Below the pieces are notes generated by a model. The model was given only the letters and a program-made list of their open reading frames with translations. It searched no databases and was not told where the DNA came from. From NCBI RefSeq assembly GCF_009914755.1, contig NC_060935.1: 64,000 nt of DNA, one strand, 5' to 3'. Every line of letters begins with the position of its first letter. Positions within the stretch are counted from its first letter, which is position 1. The DNA is from the human T2T-CHM13v2.0 reference genome, Homo sapiens. Positions 48,371 through 61,480 of this stretch are shown here, piece after piece. Made by a program: the position numbers and the translations under genes.

Positions 48371-50971
48371 CATCTTTGTACTTCTAATACCTAAGCACAG
48401 AAGCTAGTATATGGTAAACATTTAACAATGTTAATTAAATGAATCCAGGGGCCATGTTATCATCTGGATCTTTGACAAACTTTAGTAGGCTTATCCCTCT
48501 CATCAATTTCCTTAAAGTTAAACAGGAATTGAGAATTGTACCTATTGTTTCCCTCTAACATTTGTTATACCTTACCTAACCAAACCCACTTCCTACCCTA
48601 GGGTTATTTGACAGATTTTTCAAATATATAGGTTCTTTCAGCATAAATTATTGTTAATAAGAAAATGTGTTTTGTTGAGACAGCCTCTGCTTTCTTCTTA
48701 GATTTTAAATTGCCGAATTCTAATTTATAGAATTTGATGACATTCCTCCTAAAAGCTGGTCTTTTGTCTTCAGGCCAAATTATCCACCATTAGTCTCTCT
48801 CCAGAGCACCTATCTCTTAATTCTGGCATGCTCTGTTATCTTGTTTCCCTTGTTGATGGAAACATCATTTTTCAATATTGCCTTTAAGCTGAGAAATTCA
48901 AAGGTACACATGGGTTTTAGGAACCAGGAGAATACGTGCCACGTGCTGCCTCCTTCTGAGTTTGTTGCTACTGAAGGTGAAGCCCAGCATGTTTTCTGTT
49001 TGCTGATTATGTATACCCAGTCACCAAAACTTCAAACCAGATATTGTTTGGGAACAAGGGAAGTGACTGGGGAGCCTTTCACAAGGAATGAACTTACCAT
49101 TTCACAGACCTATGCTGTTCATATAGATAGAGACACTGCATTTTTCAAGTTATCAGTTTTAGTGTTGTGCTTGAGTAAAACGGAGATACTGATATGTACC
49201 TAATTGTGTCACAGTAAAGTTTGACTTTGCTATCTAAGATGTTCATCTAAAAAAAGACAAAAAGAACAGGAAACTTAAATGAATCAACAGGGAATACTTT
49301 GTAATACAAATCCCATTTTTTAAAAAACTCCTGTTCTGTTTATCAGTCAATGTTGGGTCAATATTATGTGTAGATTTATTTTTCTTTATATTCATAGACC
49401 ATGTGGAAAGATAGCTTCTCTTTTCAGTTGACTGATACAAAGAGAGTTGCATCAAACATCAGAATAATTATATTGGATAATCAAGTTTTTAAGATGTGAA
49501 CAGTGACATCAGGTAAACAAGAAAACACCCACCCGATCTTTCCAGAATCACAACTCAGAATAATGAACGCATCTATCAAAATAAATTCATCAGAAGCTCT
49601 CTTAACTGATCTATGCTTATCCTACTTAGCACATCAACTCAATCCTTTCTCTCTAAAACATAGATGACCATGTGCTGCTCACTACTAGGTTCTGGGCCAT
49701 TACCTGGTCCTCTCTCACACCTCTCCTCTCAGAAATTGAGTGATGTGCTTACCAAGACACAGTTGTGCTTAATTCCAAACCTTTCTATGTCATTGTATTC
49801 ATTATACTATACTCTGTAATTTAAAATAATGATTTTTTTTGGAAAGGGAATATCATTTCTTTAAAAAATAAGTTGAATGATTTAAAATCATTGATAAAGA
49901 TGAGATAGAAAAATAAAATTGCTTTTGAATTAGAGGTAAGACCACTTTAGAGGATTAGAAAAAAAATTGGAAGGATGCTTGCTTTACTTCCTTTGCAAGT
50001 ATCTTCAAAGTATCTTCAACTTCTTACTTTACTTTAAATAGGCCAAAATTGTAAATATTACATGATGTGTTATAGTTATGTTTTGTTGTAGAAAGAAGAC
50101 AGAGTACTCCACCTGTGTGTCTACTGTGTATCTATCTATTCAAAGGAACGCCTTGAATCTGCATAGAAAGATTGGAGAGCGAATGTACCCCTATACATTT
50201 TAAGTTAAAATATCAAGGTGTATGTGTATATTTTGGAGGGTCTACTTGATCATTTTCAAATAATTGACTGTCTGAAGGTATCAACTAAGCCAGACAAGAG
50301 GGCTTTTACTCTGATCACAAACCTCATGAAACTGATGGTTGAACATGATGAAAAGAGAGATAAGTTGTTCAGGACCAAGTGACTTCTCTTCCCAAGGTCT
50401 CAGTTTCCTTTTCTCTGAAATGAAAGGGTTGGACCTAATCAACCAGAAAGTTCTTTCTAATTCTAATATTTTGTATTTCTTGATACCAATTCGGCCAAAG
50501 TAAAGACCTTTCCTATTATGTTACCTGTTAGATGGCTTTTCAGTCCCCTGTACTTCTCTCAGGTATACTTTTTTGAAAATTGTATTGGCCCTGGAATATT
50601 TATTTGAGTTCATCCCGGTCTGTTGTTAATCATTCAAGAGACACTTGTCTGGAAGAGAGATCCAGGTTGAGTTGCATTTGGTTTAGATCCATATTAGAGC
50701 ATGTTACTCCCTTGCTTAAGGTCTTTCAAGAGCTCACCCTTCGGTACAGGGCATCATGCACCTTCCTTAGTATGCATCTAAGTTTTTGAATAATCCAGCC
50801 TCTACAGAGTATTTTAGCCTTACTCTATAAATTTCTATCACTGAACTGACTTGATTTTCCTTATTCCAAGGTGCTGTTTATACTTCTGAGACTTCATGCA
50901 TGCTGCGTCCTCTGTCTAGAATGTTATTCTTCATTTGTTTTTTGCTGGTTAACATATATATATATATATAT

Positions 50972-51299
<328 letters not shown>

Positions 51300-52359
51300 A
51301 ACTTCTATATGTTTTTAAATACTTAGTTTTGTTGCTCCTTTCTTTAGGGAGCTTTACCTGATTACCCCAGGCCAACCCAGTTACTTCTTCTATGTCTTTC
51401 TTAGAAATCTAAGTTTACTACCAACATTTTAATATTCCACAACATATCTCTTCCACTAACCTGTAACCTCCTAGAAGAAAAAGACTGAATCTATGTTTGT
51501 TCCAGAACCTGTACATTTTGCAGCGTGGGGAAGTAGTTCAAAAATGTTTGGTCAAATGCACTGTTGTAAACATGGGAGTTTGCAACCGGATGTGAAAAAA
51601 ATATCTAGACTGCCTGGCTAAAACCTTCATTTTATTCATGAAGAAACTGAGTCCTAGATGATTTTATGACTTTGCCCAATGTTTTTACTAACGCTGTAAG
51701 CTACAATTCACCCCACTGTGTCTTGTCCTTAGCTTCCCTCCCTGGGATACCCAAATTCAAGAGCAACTGACTCACAAGTTCATAGGAGAATATAGCTATG
51801 GAACAAGAGATAAAAATTAACATAATGAAAATGGGTACTGGAATATTTCCACCCCAGCTCATATTCCAAAAATGAACATAGGCTAAGGCCTAGTGAATAA
51901 GCCTTCTTGTAACTTATCAAGTAAGCCTCCTTCTGTCTATACCCCACAATAGCCATCACAGGTCTTAACTGAGGCTATGTCTTGATGTTTTTCTTTAAAG
52001 TCTCATCCATTGTTCATCTTCTCTTGTTATGGGGGCTTGAATCCTTGTGATATATAGCCAATTAGCACTAAATGTTTTGATCTGGATAAAAATTCTGCTG
52101 ATATTAACTACTAGGTAACCTTGAGGTTACTTCAAGTTCAAATATTCTAACTCTGACTATCCAACCACACCCCAATCCTAAATGGAAAGTTGTAAAATGT
52201 TTTAGTAGAAAAGAATGAAAGATGTTATTGAGTATAGAATTAATCATTAAAAAGGGACCACTCAAAAGGAAATTAAAGGGCAAAAATGATGAGCAAGGCA
52301 AGTTTAAAAAAACCCAATCCTTAAAGGTGTATGTTGCTTAAGCTTGTTATTCAGAAAAG

Positions 52360-52478
52360 TTAGAGATAATTTATTTTTCCAAACTGAGACATTTTTGAGA
52401 ATGGAAAAGAGGACTACTAATAAAAGCACAAGCACAAACCAGGACTGCCTTCGCAAAATCAGAACAAACGGTTACCCA
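52360..52478 (+). mobile_element. MER94 (hAT-Blackjack)
   Basis: ataatttatt..tccaaactgagacatttttgagaatggaaaagagg...aaaccaggactg...ggttaccc. Confidence 0.75.
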
Positions 52479-53262
52479 AAAAAGCTCACCTCTGATCAGT
52501 TGTAGTTTCATTGCTTCAAGAATGTTCTCCTAGATAAGCCATGTGCCCAACAGTTGGGCTGAGAGTGTCAGATGTGCTTCTGATCTGGTTTTCTATCTCT
52601 TCCCATCCATTCTGATCCTGATGCTTCATTTCACCAAACTCCACTCTTGCAGCTTCCCATTTGCCTTGCCTTTCCCATTGGAAAGACATATTTGACTTTC
52701 TTAGATCTCTCTTCTTGGCTGCATGTGACTTAACTCTTCCATTTGTTATATGATTTCTGACTCCAGTGTTTTTCACACTATTTTTGGTGGCATTCTAGGT
52801 TTCAGGGGTTCAATAAATGTGTGATTTTCCTTTAAGTTTTTAAAGATATATTGCCTACCCGTAATTATTTTGGCTGACACAGGGGATGAGAAAGGCTGTG
52901 TGGGAAGATAGCTTGCTCCCATCTTCCATTAGAGCAGCTCTCCCTTCTTCCTCTGGCTGTGATTCATATCAGGCCATTGTGGGCACCCATTTCCAATGCT
53001 TCCAGCCTGTGCCCAAGCTCCTGGGTGTCAGGAGGCAAGGAACCCAGGCTTGGGCCTATGTTGCAACTGCATTATGATGAGTATCCATCACGCCCTGAGC
53101 CTTACTCAATGCTTTAGGGAGGATAACCCTGCTTTTACCTGTTTTAAATATTTTGCTTGAAAAGACTTTAACCATTAAATTTGCTTAAAAACCATGACTC
53201 TAGCTTATACAACAGTAACTGACTTTCCTTTGTTTTAGCTCCCAGGTTGCTGTGTCTATGCC

Positions 53263-53816
53263 TGTGGTGGGCAGCTTCTGAAATAGCTTCCAGTGATCCC
53301 TGCTTCTGGTATTTACAATCTTGTGTATTCCCTCTCTGTTAGTGTGGGATGGACCTAGTTGTTTGCTTTTAACAGATAGAATACTATAGCAAAGGTAATA
53401 CGGTGTTACTTCCAAGATTAAGGTGCAAAAGCTTGAGTTACTTGAGTCTTGCTAGCACTCTCTTTTCCTCTCCCTTGCTCTGATGAAGCCAGTTCCTATA
53501 TTGTGAGCTTCCCTACAAAGGAAACCTCATGGAAAGGAACAAAGAGAAGCCTCAGACCAACAACTCATGAGGAATTGAGACCCTAAGTCCAACAGCCTAT
53601 GAAGAACTGAATCCTGCCAACAAGATGAGTGAGCTTAGAAGTGAACCTGTCCCCAGGTAAGCCTTGAGATGACTTCAGCCTTGTAAGAAGCCTAGAACCA
53701 GAGGATCCCCCTATGCTGTTCCCACAGTCTTGATCCAAAGAGGCTATGAGATAATAAATGTTTGAAGCCACTAAGTTTTGGAGAAATTTGTTATACAGCA
53801 ACAGATAACTAATACA
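53263..53816 (+). mobile_element. MLT1F-type MaLR solo LTR
   Basis: tgtggtgggcagcttctgaaatagcttccagtgatccc...gaactgaatcctgccaac...cagcaacagataactaataca. Confidence 0.9.
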
Positions 53817-54930
53817 GTGTCTCGTCCGAAAGGTCAATTTCAGCCTCAGCCTTGCCCCATTTTCCTTTGGCCTCAGGGGAATGAACAAGTCACAAACATC
53901 ACACAGACTTCAGAGAACGAAGACTGTAACTTGTTCTTTTAAATCCTAGATCCAGGCCTGGTTCTGTATCCTGTTATTTACATGCAGAACTCCAGTAGTT
54001 CCATCAAACCCTTGCTCAAGTATTCAAATGAATTCAAAACTACTGCTTGGGAAGACAACAACAACAACAACACTCTCTCCTTTTGCAGTGTACTGCCTGT
54101 ATACAAGTCAGACAACAACTTACAATTTTTAATTTCCTTAGTAAAATAATAGTGATGTTGTCTTCATTTAAGAACTTAAGCTTCTCCTTGCAATCAGCAG
54201 CACAGGGAACTTGCATGGAAGGACTTCAGTCTGAATTTGACTGTTATACATTGTTCATTAAAAGTCCTGCTGAGAAAATTGGTGTGTCAGTATTAGAGAA
54301 GTTGAACCCTATTTTTATCAGATTTTTAAGGCTTTATCATGATATTGAAGCACACCATGAGCTAGCCACCTACTGGAATGTATTACTCTGATTCTCTATA
54401 TAAGTGCCTTGACCAAATTGCAATTTATATTTACTCCTTAAACTGTGAAATAAAGAATGGCCATAAATAGAGCTATAGTGATAAGCTTTTGTAAAATCAT
54501 TTTCAAAGACACCATCAGTTTGTTGTTCACTGTACGTGCATCATGATAAATTTTTTTCAGTTCAAAACTATGAAATAGACATATTTCCCCGGTAAACTGG
54601 TATATGTGCTTTTTACTAAACAATAAGAATGATGTAACATACTAACTTTCTCGTTTTGCTTTGGCTGCTGCGAAATATGGTTATTTTCTGAGAAGTTATG
54701 GTAGCTACCCTTAGCCTAAGTTTGTTACTGTATCTCTTTTCGGCTCCACATTTTAGTATTTGTTTAATTAATTTTCTTTTTATTTGTTTGGGTTTTATAT
54801 TGTTTTGGTGCCTTTATATTTCAAACTATCACATTTTAGGAAGTTAGGTGGTGAAATGCTGCCCCTTTAACATTTGAAAAAAGGTCTAAGTTAAACAATA
54901 AATCTTTCTTTTTTTTTACTTTAATAGTAA

Positions 54931-55318
<388 letters not shown>

Positions 55319-55384
55319 AGATATATCTTATTTTTAAAATCCACATTATTGAGTAAAATCTCACAGTGGAAGGCATGAGATCCT

Positions 55385-55660
55385 GGCTTTGCCAGGCAAA
55401 ATTGGACCTGGAAGTAAGCCAAGTGAGGCTGCAGCAGCGGAGGGTCAACCTTCTGCACAGAGCAGCAGTGGAAGTGGTCATCTTTGGAGGAAAACATGGA
55501 GGCTGCTGTGTCCAGTTCTGAATCTGTGGTCAGTATTGTTCTTGTTTGGGTAACTCCTTAGTTTGTACCTCTGGACCTCTCAGGGTTTCTGTGAGCCACC
55601 TAGTATCCTGTAACAAAAGCTTTTTATCTGCTTATTGTGTGCAACTAAGAAACCTGAGAA
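55385..55660 (+). mobile_element. ERVL-class LTR fragment (LTR67B/LTR16-like)
   Basis: ttctgtgagccacctagtatcc...tctgctta...tgcaactaagaaacctga terminal motif. Confidence 0.45.
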
Positions 55661-55662
55661 AC

Positions 55663-55888
55663 ACAGGCTTACAAACACACCTTCAGGGGCTAGTCAAATA
55701 ACAAAAAAGACTGATGTGGGTCAGTATAAGAGCCAGGGAACAGTGAGTCAGAGGGGAGAAGGGATGTATATGCCCCTCCTAATGGGATTCAAATTCAACT
55801 TTTCTAAAACATTCTTTTCATCAAAACTAACTTGGTAACATCTGCGCTCTAAATTTAGCTTATGGGGCTCCCAGTTTGTGATCTTTGA
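55663..55888 (-). mobile_element. MER102-like (hAT-Charlie)
   Basis: ccttcaggggctagtca...tgcccctcctaatgggattcaaattc...ccagtttgtgatctttg. Confidence 0.6.
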
Positions 55889-57681
55889 CACTGAAATTTA
55901 TTTAATGGAGTTTTTTTTTTTTTTAATTTGAATTTAGGGAATTTCTTGCTTGCCTTTTTAAAAAATGAAGTTTACATTTTCCACCTAAATATTTTGCCAT
56001 CTTAGCAACATGGTTGTGACTCTGTGGATGCCCTGGGGTTCCTAAGAAATTCTCTTATACTGATTTACCTTATGGTGAGGACAATCATGATCCAAAGTAA
56101 AGAGAAAGGAATAATCCTGGATTATGGATGCTGGATGCTGCTGGCCGATAGCAGCAACACTCTTTTTCAGCAAGTCCTCATTCCTTTATCACAGAGAATA
56201 GACTTCCAGGAAAACCCTGTGTTCTGTGTCTTTTAATGGCCCAAACAGTTCCTGACTTGTAACAGCTTTTAAAGCAGCCACAAAACTGGAAGCCTAGCTA
56301 ACATTTTCAATCCTGGGATATAGCAGAAACGAAAGTTCTGTGGCAAGTGACGTGTCTGAAAATTGCACTGGAAAGAGTGATCATTAGAAGGACTGTTGGC
56401 CCGTTTCCAGAGTGGCAGGTGTCTGGGATAATGTTCAGGGGAAACTCATCTATTTCATCCTTCCCCTCAAGAGCTGGTTAGCTTTAGTCCTTGAAGCAGT
56501 GAGATTCAGCACCTAATTCTCGGTGTTTCATGCAGAGAGATGCAGTGCTTTAAGCCAACATTTCATTTGTGGTTTGAAAACTGTATTTGGATTGCATTCT
56601 GTTTTGTGATTCAAGTATACGTTGCCTCATTCCTTTTCACTGGAACGTCACATCTACGGGCCTCATTATCTCTAATAGACCTTTTAGCTCTCTCAGGGTT
56701 ATGTGGTTTCAAAGTACTACAAACTCATTCATGTCATTCTAATTTAAACACGATGTTGTTATTCCTGCATCTATTTTATGAACTACCCTTCTGCTTCCTT
56801 TTCTACTTACTGGGTGTTATGGGAAGTGGAAGATAGCATTCCAATCAACTGTGGAGCTAAAAAGTCTGGGTAATTGCATTTGACAAATGTTGAAACCCTA
56901 TCCTCCAAATACTTGCAACACTTTCCTTCCTGACACCGGCAATAATGAAAATGTCATGATGCTAATGAAGGATTTCTACTGTGGTCCCTTGAACATGGTC
57001 CAAATAATCATCGTCAGGCATACACCATTCAGATTTCTTGGTATAGTCTTATCCATCAACTGAAGTTAGGCCTCCATTTATTTCAGGATGACAAAGATAT
57101 ATTTTCTTCTAGACACTTATCCTGGAAGCTTTGAGAAAAGGCAAAAAAGAGGTTGACTGTGAAAATAAAATGATAATGGTTGTGTGTATAAGAAAGTCAT
57201 CTTAATCTTATGTGTTTGCTTCTTAAAGCTCCCACAGACACAAGAAGAGAATGACAATTTGGGTTATTGTTTTTCAACAGAGAACGTGTCACAGCAGAAT
57301 TGTAGATTAGCAGAGTTGGGAGAAAGGTTTAGAAATGATCTTGTCCCATGCCCTTTATTTGCAGGCAAGGCAATGTGGTTTAGAAAGTGGTAGCGAGTTG
57401 CCTCAGTAGGATATGAGGGTGAGGAAGGAGGAAGTTGATGGACAAGCAGATTCTCAGTTAGAACATAGCTTCCACCTTCCTGGAAGGGAGTGACAAACAG
57501 GTGAGATTAAGTGACCTTAGTGGAAAATATGAATCACCAGTGGCAGAATATTTTTTGAAATACATCTTGATTTATTTTCCTTCTTCATTTCTTCTCTCTC
57601 TACCTCTCTTCCTTCTTTCCTTACTTTCTTTTCTTATTCTTGTATTTACCCCTTGAACTTTTCTTCTATTAATTCTACCTT

Positions 57682-57901
57682 GTAATTTTAAACCAGAAGT
57701 AATTTTTGTCCTCTAGGGCACATTTAGAAATATCTGGAGACATTTTCAGTTGTTACAACTGGAAAGTTTGCAACTGGCATCTAGTGAATAGAGACCAGTG
57801 ATGCTGCCAAATATACCACATGCATGAGATACCCCTGCCTGTGCCCACAACAAAGAATTTTCTGGTCCAGAATGTCAATAGTGCTAAGTGTGAAAATCCT
57901 G
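57682..57901 (+). mobile_element. MER20
   Basis: atatctggagacattttcagttgttacaactgg...actggcatctagtg...aaagaattttctggtccagaatgtcaatagtgct. Confidence 0.88.
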
Positions 57902-57999
57902 TCTGGGCTGATTCTTTTCAGCAAAGAGAAGAGACCAGAGAATCCTTGGAAGGGAAAAGGAGATATGATAAGGTACTTCTCAATTATAGAGAAGGACAA

Positions 58000-58905
58000 T
58001 GGGAAACTACTTCAGTACTGAGAAGAGAAATCTGGGGAAAGAGTCTGAGAAAGGTGAGAGGTGAGAGTTGACGTTACCCTGTGAGCCTTCCACCTCCACT
58101 GGACCATACCTTGGAAGGAACAGAAATGCAACAGATAGCGAACTACCCACATCAGTTTGGAGTGTGGTAAAATCTTAGAGCAGGATTCCCATTTTTTGAC
58201 CTCTTGGCCTTTGGCCTAGTTTAGAAGACTTCATACTCCTCAGAGAGAATCCAAATTCAGCTGGTGTCTTAGCTACTATGGACCTAAACCCAAGTTGTTA
58301 GTAGAAGTGGCGGAGGAAGATGCTCAGGCCAGGAAGACTGAGATAGTGCCCTTGGCTCTCCAGAGTCCACACTAGCATGGAGGAGGTCAGGAGATTACTG
58401 TGTGCTGCAGAGGGCTGCTATAGGTACTGGTTGAAGAGTTCCTCAGGGGTGTCTCTGAGTCAAGGAGTTAGAAGACTCTGAAGTGGAGAGCTGCGGGCAG
58501 ACCACCATTGCTGAGCGTTCAGATCCAGACACAAGCCATCCCCGCACGCAGACCAATGGACCTTGACCACATAGAAGTGACACCAACCCACACATTCTGC
58601 GCAGCTGTGATGAGCCCTGAAGCCCATTGCAAGAAGTAGAGCACCACAACCCCCTGTTCCATCTCACCCCACCCCATGATATAACACGAGCATCACCTTC
58701 TATCTAATGTCTGGAGAAGAGAATGAGAACTGAAGGAGAAAGGAACCCAGAAAGGCCAATTACCTGAAAGAGATTATGTGTTAAACTAGAAGAGACCAGA
58801 AGCTTATAATTAGCAAGTACTTTTTACTGTCAGCAGTAATGAATGCTTAAGGGAAAATGAGAAATATAAAGTTAACTTCCCCCCATTTACATTCAACCTC
58901 ACTAC
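58000..58905 (+). mobile_element. Ancient gypsy-like LTR (MamGypLTR/LTR85-type)
   Basis: 3' region ttacctgaaagagatt...taatgaatgcttaagggaaaatgagaaatataaag resembles this class; weak recall. Confidence 0.35.
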
Positions 58906-59229
58906 ATTCTTATTCTGTGGCCATATGACCCCAGTATCTAGCACTAGTTTCTTTTTCAACACTCTTATCCACATCCATCATTTCCTCAGCCACATTCTGT
59001 CTATGATGGAGCATCTCACCTTTGAACAAACACCAGTTGCTAGGTTGGCTGCTCACCTGCCTTTGGTCTGTTTTTTCTTCTCCCATCTCTGTGGATATCC
59101 TCAGTGACAAAGGAGCTGTCTGTGTATTAAGATCACCTTGTCTTAGTGGAGAAATTTATCAGTGTCTTTTACATCCATGAGACCCGTGTCCTCTCTAAAC
59201 ACTGCATAGGAGATCCAGCTACATTCCTC

Positions 59230-59691
59230 AATACACCAGGGCCCCAGAAGGAAACATATGACACTCTTAAATGGGGAAATTGAGGCATGCTTAATAAAGG
59301 GTCTATTTGAAAAACTGTGGATAGGGTTAAAGGACATGAACAATAGGTGAAGACGTGTCTCAAAACCAGTAATGGTAGTCTGAAGGGGAAAGAGGAGGTG
59401 GTGTTATTGGAACCCAGAGACATATCTAGCTATAGAAATAACCTTTGGTAGAGGAAAAGAGTCACGGCCAATCTGTGGCCCAGCAGGGAAAAAAAAAATC
59501 AGTCAGGAAATACCTCGATCTCAGTCTCTTTATACGCTTTGATCTCTTGCTGGTAACTCTTTTTGGTCAACTGAACTGGAAACTAGGAGACAAGGGAGCT
59601 CCGTGGATGGAATTCATAGAAATCAGTGTCTGGGATGCAGGAGAAGGCTGCAGAGGGTGTCTTTAGGGACGAAATGAGAATATCCAAAACA
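59230..59691 (-). mobile_element. LTR33 (ERVL)
   Basis: cagggccccagaaggaaacatatgacactc...ttaataaagggtctattt...aactggaaactaggagacaagggagc...gagaatatccaaaaca. Confidence 0.75.
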
Positions 59692-59719
59692 ACAATGTTT
59701 TTAGATGTTCTTTGGGTCT

Positions 59720-59930
59720 AACTTAGAGTTTGGGCTCTGCTGTGCATTAGAGCTTGAACAGTTTTTAATTTTTCTGTAAATTAGTTTCCTCTTCTGAATT
59801 ATGGCAATATAAAAAACAGTACCTACCTCATTTAGTTGCTTTGGGGATTATGGGTAATCATACATGTAGCACACTCATAGCAGTACCAGGTGCACAGTAA
59901 GTGTTCAGAAAATGTTAGTGGCTTTTATTT
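59720..59930 (+). mobile_element. MIR SINE
   Basis: agtttcctcttctg...cagtacctacctcat...cacagtaagtgttcagaaaatgttag. Confidence 0.75.
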
Positions 59931-60347
59931 TCCTGGTTCTTTGGTCTTTAGCAGGACAGGTAGCAGGGGTTCTGATTTCAGGATGCTGTACAGTCATTTG
60001 CTCCTCATGCGCAGGATGATGCCCTGCCAGGGAAATCCTGAATTTGAAGCAGAGAATTAGGTAGACTCTACCTTATAGTACTGCTGATTTCACACTTAGT
60101 TTATTTTGCTTAGATTATGAGTCTGCTTCTTCTTTCTTTAGAGGATGATTTTGAGAAACTGTTCTCCAGGAAAAAAAAAAATTGGTCACAATTACAGCAA
60201 AACTTTTATTGTTCTGTTGTAAATTAGGCGGCTTATTTTAGGTTCTCATAGCTCCTGTAGTGTTAGATTGGGTGACAGAATAATCACTAGACCCTTCACT
60301 TAATTCAGAAACAAAAGCTGGCCTGCACTCTCATTTGATGTAGTTCA

Positions 60348-60758
60348 TGCTGTGGTGTGGCACCCAGATCATCCTGCCTGCTTCCAAGATGGACATGTCT
60401 ATTTCCCAGTTATTGGAAATATTGGTAATTGACAGATTCCAATGACTTTCAAATTTTCCCCTGGCTGAAGAGAGTCACCTTGTCCATACCCAGTGGCTGG
60501 TCAATATGATTTATAAAGACCTGGCTGCCTTGCCTCAATTTGAGAAACTTTAAGGGGGTCAAACCTTCTCCTTTGCCCTCTGTGGGATCATCTGAAGCCT
60601 TTGTTGTGACTACATTGCAGTTTAACTTTCCCCCCCTGTACTGTCTTGCTTTCCTCACTCCCTCATGTGTATCAATCCCAGTTTTTATACTTTAACAAAC
60701 TTCCTGCATGCAAATCTCCATCTTGTAGTCTGTTTCCAGAGAAATCTCACCTGCAACA
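60348..60758 (+). mobile_element. LTR16C/A (ERVL) solo LTR
   Basis: tgctgtgg...cccagatc...ggctgaagagagtcacct...aacttcctgcatgcaaatctccatct...tctgtttccagagaa...acctgcaaca. Confidence 0.8.
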
Positions 60759-61462
60759 TTTGGGGTTAAGAGTTATTTTTTATAAACCTTTCTACAGACT
60801 GTTGTATTATCTGGAATGCTCCATAAGTGTTTATTGAGATGAACAATTGCACTTGAAAAGCTGACTCAATGGGACCCTAGATTTAGGGTGATGTGATTCT
60901 CACAAAGGTCACTATTTTAATCTTTAGGATTGATTTGGATAACTAGATTGGTTACGGATAGTCTTCTTTCCTCCCTCACTGTTCCATGTATGTTCTACAA
61001 ATGCCACATTTTCCACCAGGAGGACCCCTTCTTCAGAGAGAGGAGAGCTGTACTTTAGTTTCATAACAGTTGGGTTTCCACAAAAGAATTGCCATTCCGA
61101 AGACCAATTTGACTTGGCATTTTTATTATGGAATTATATATTCCACTTAATCGGCCCATAGACAGTAAAGCTCCATTTTGTACCCTTCACAGTGAATCTT
61201 TGAGTCTGTGCCAGATTTTATAGTGTTAATGTATGCTCAGAGCTCCTTAGGCAGAAATGTGCACCAGAATGATACCCAAGACAGTAGTGCTGTTGCCTCA
61301 TGGCCTGATGTGACTCGTTAAGACTCTTATTCTAGCACTGCTATGGGAGAGTCGTGTTTGAAATATGCTATTATGATTATGAGAAAATGTAGATCCATTA
61401 GCAAAATCTTCCTTCACAAATATCAATGTTTTGGTAGCTTTCAGCTGTCTGGGGGCATTGGG

Positions 61463-61480
61463 TTGACTTTGCTGAGTCAA
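61463..61480. promoter_or_regulatory. Candidate NRF2/NF-E2 (ARE/MARE) and AP-1 site
   Basis: TGCTGAGTCA at 61470-61479 overlaps TGACTTTGC at 61464-61472; motif match only. Confidence 0.4.
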
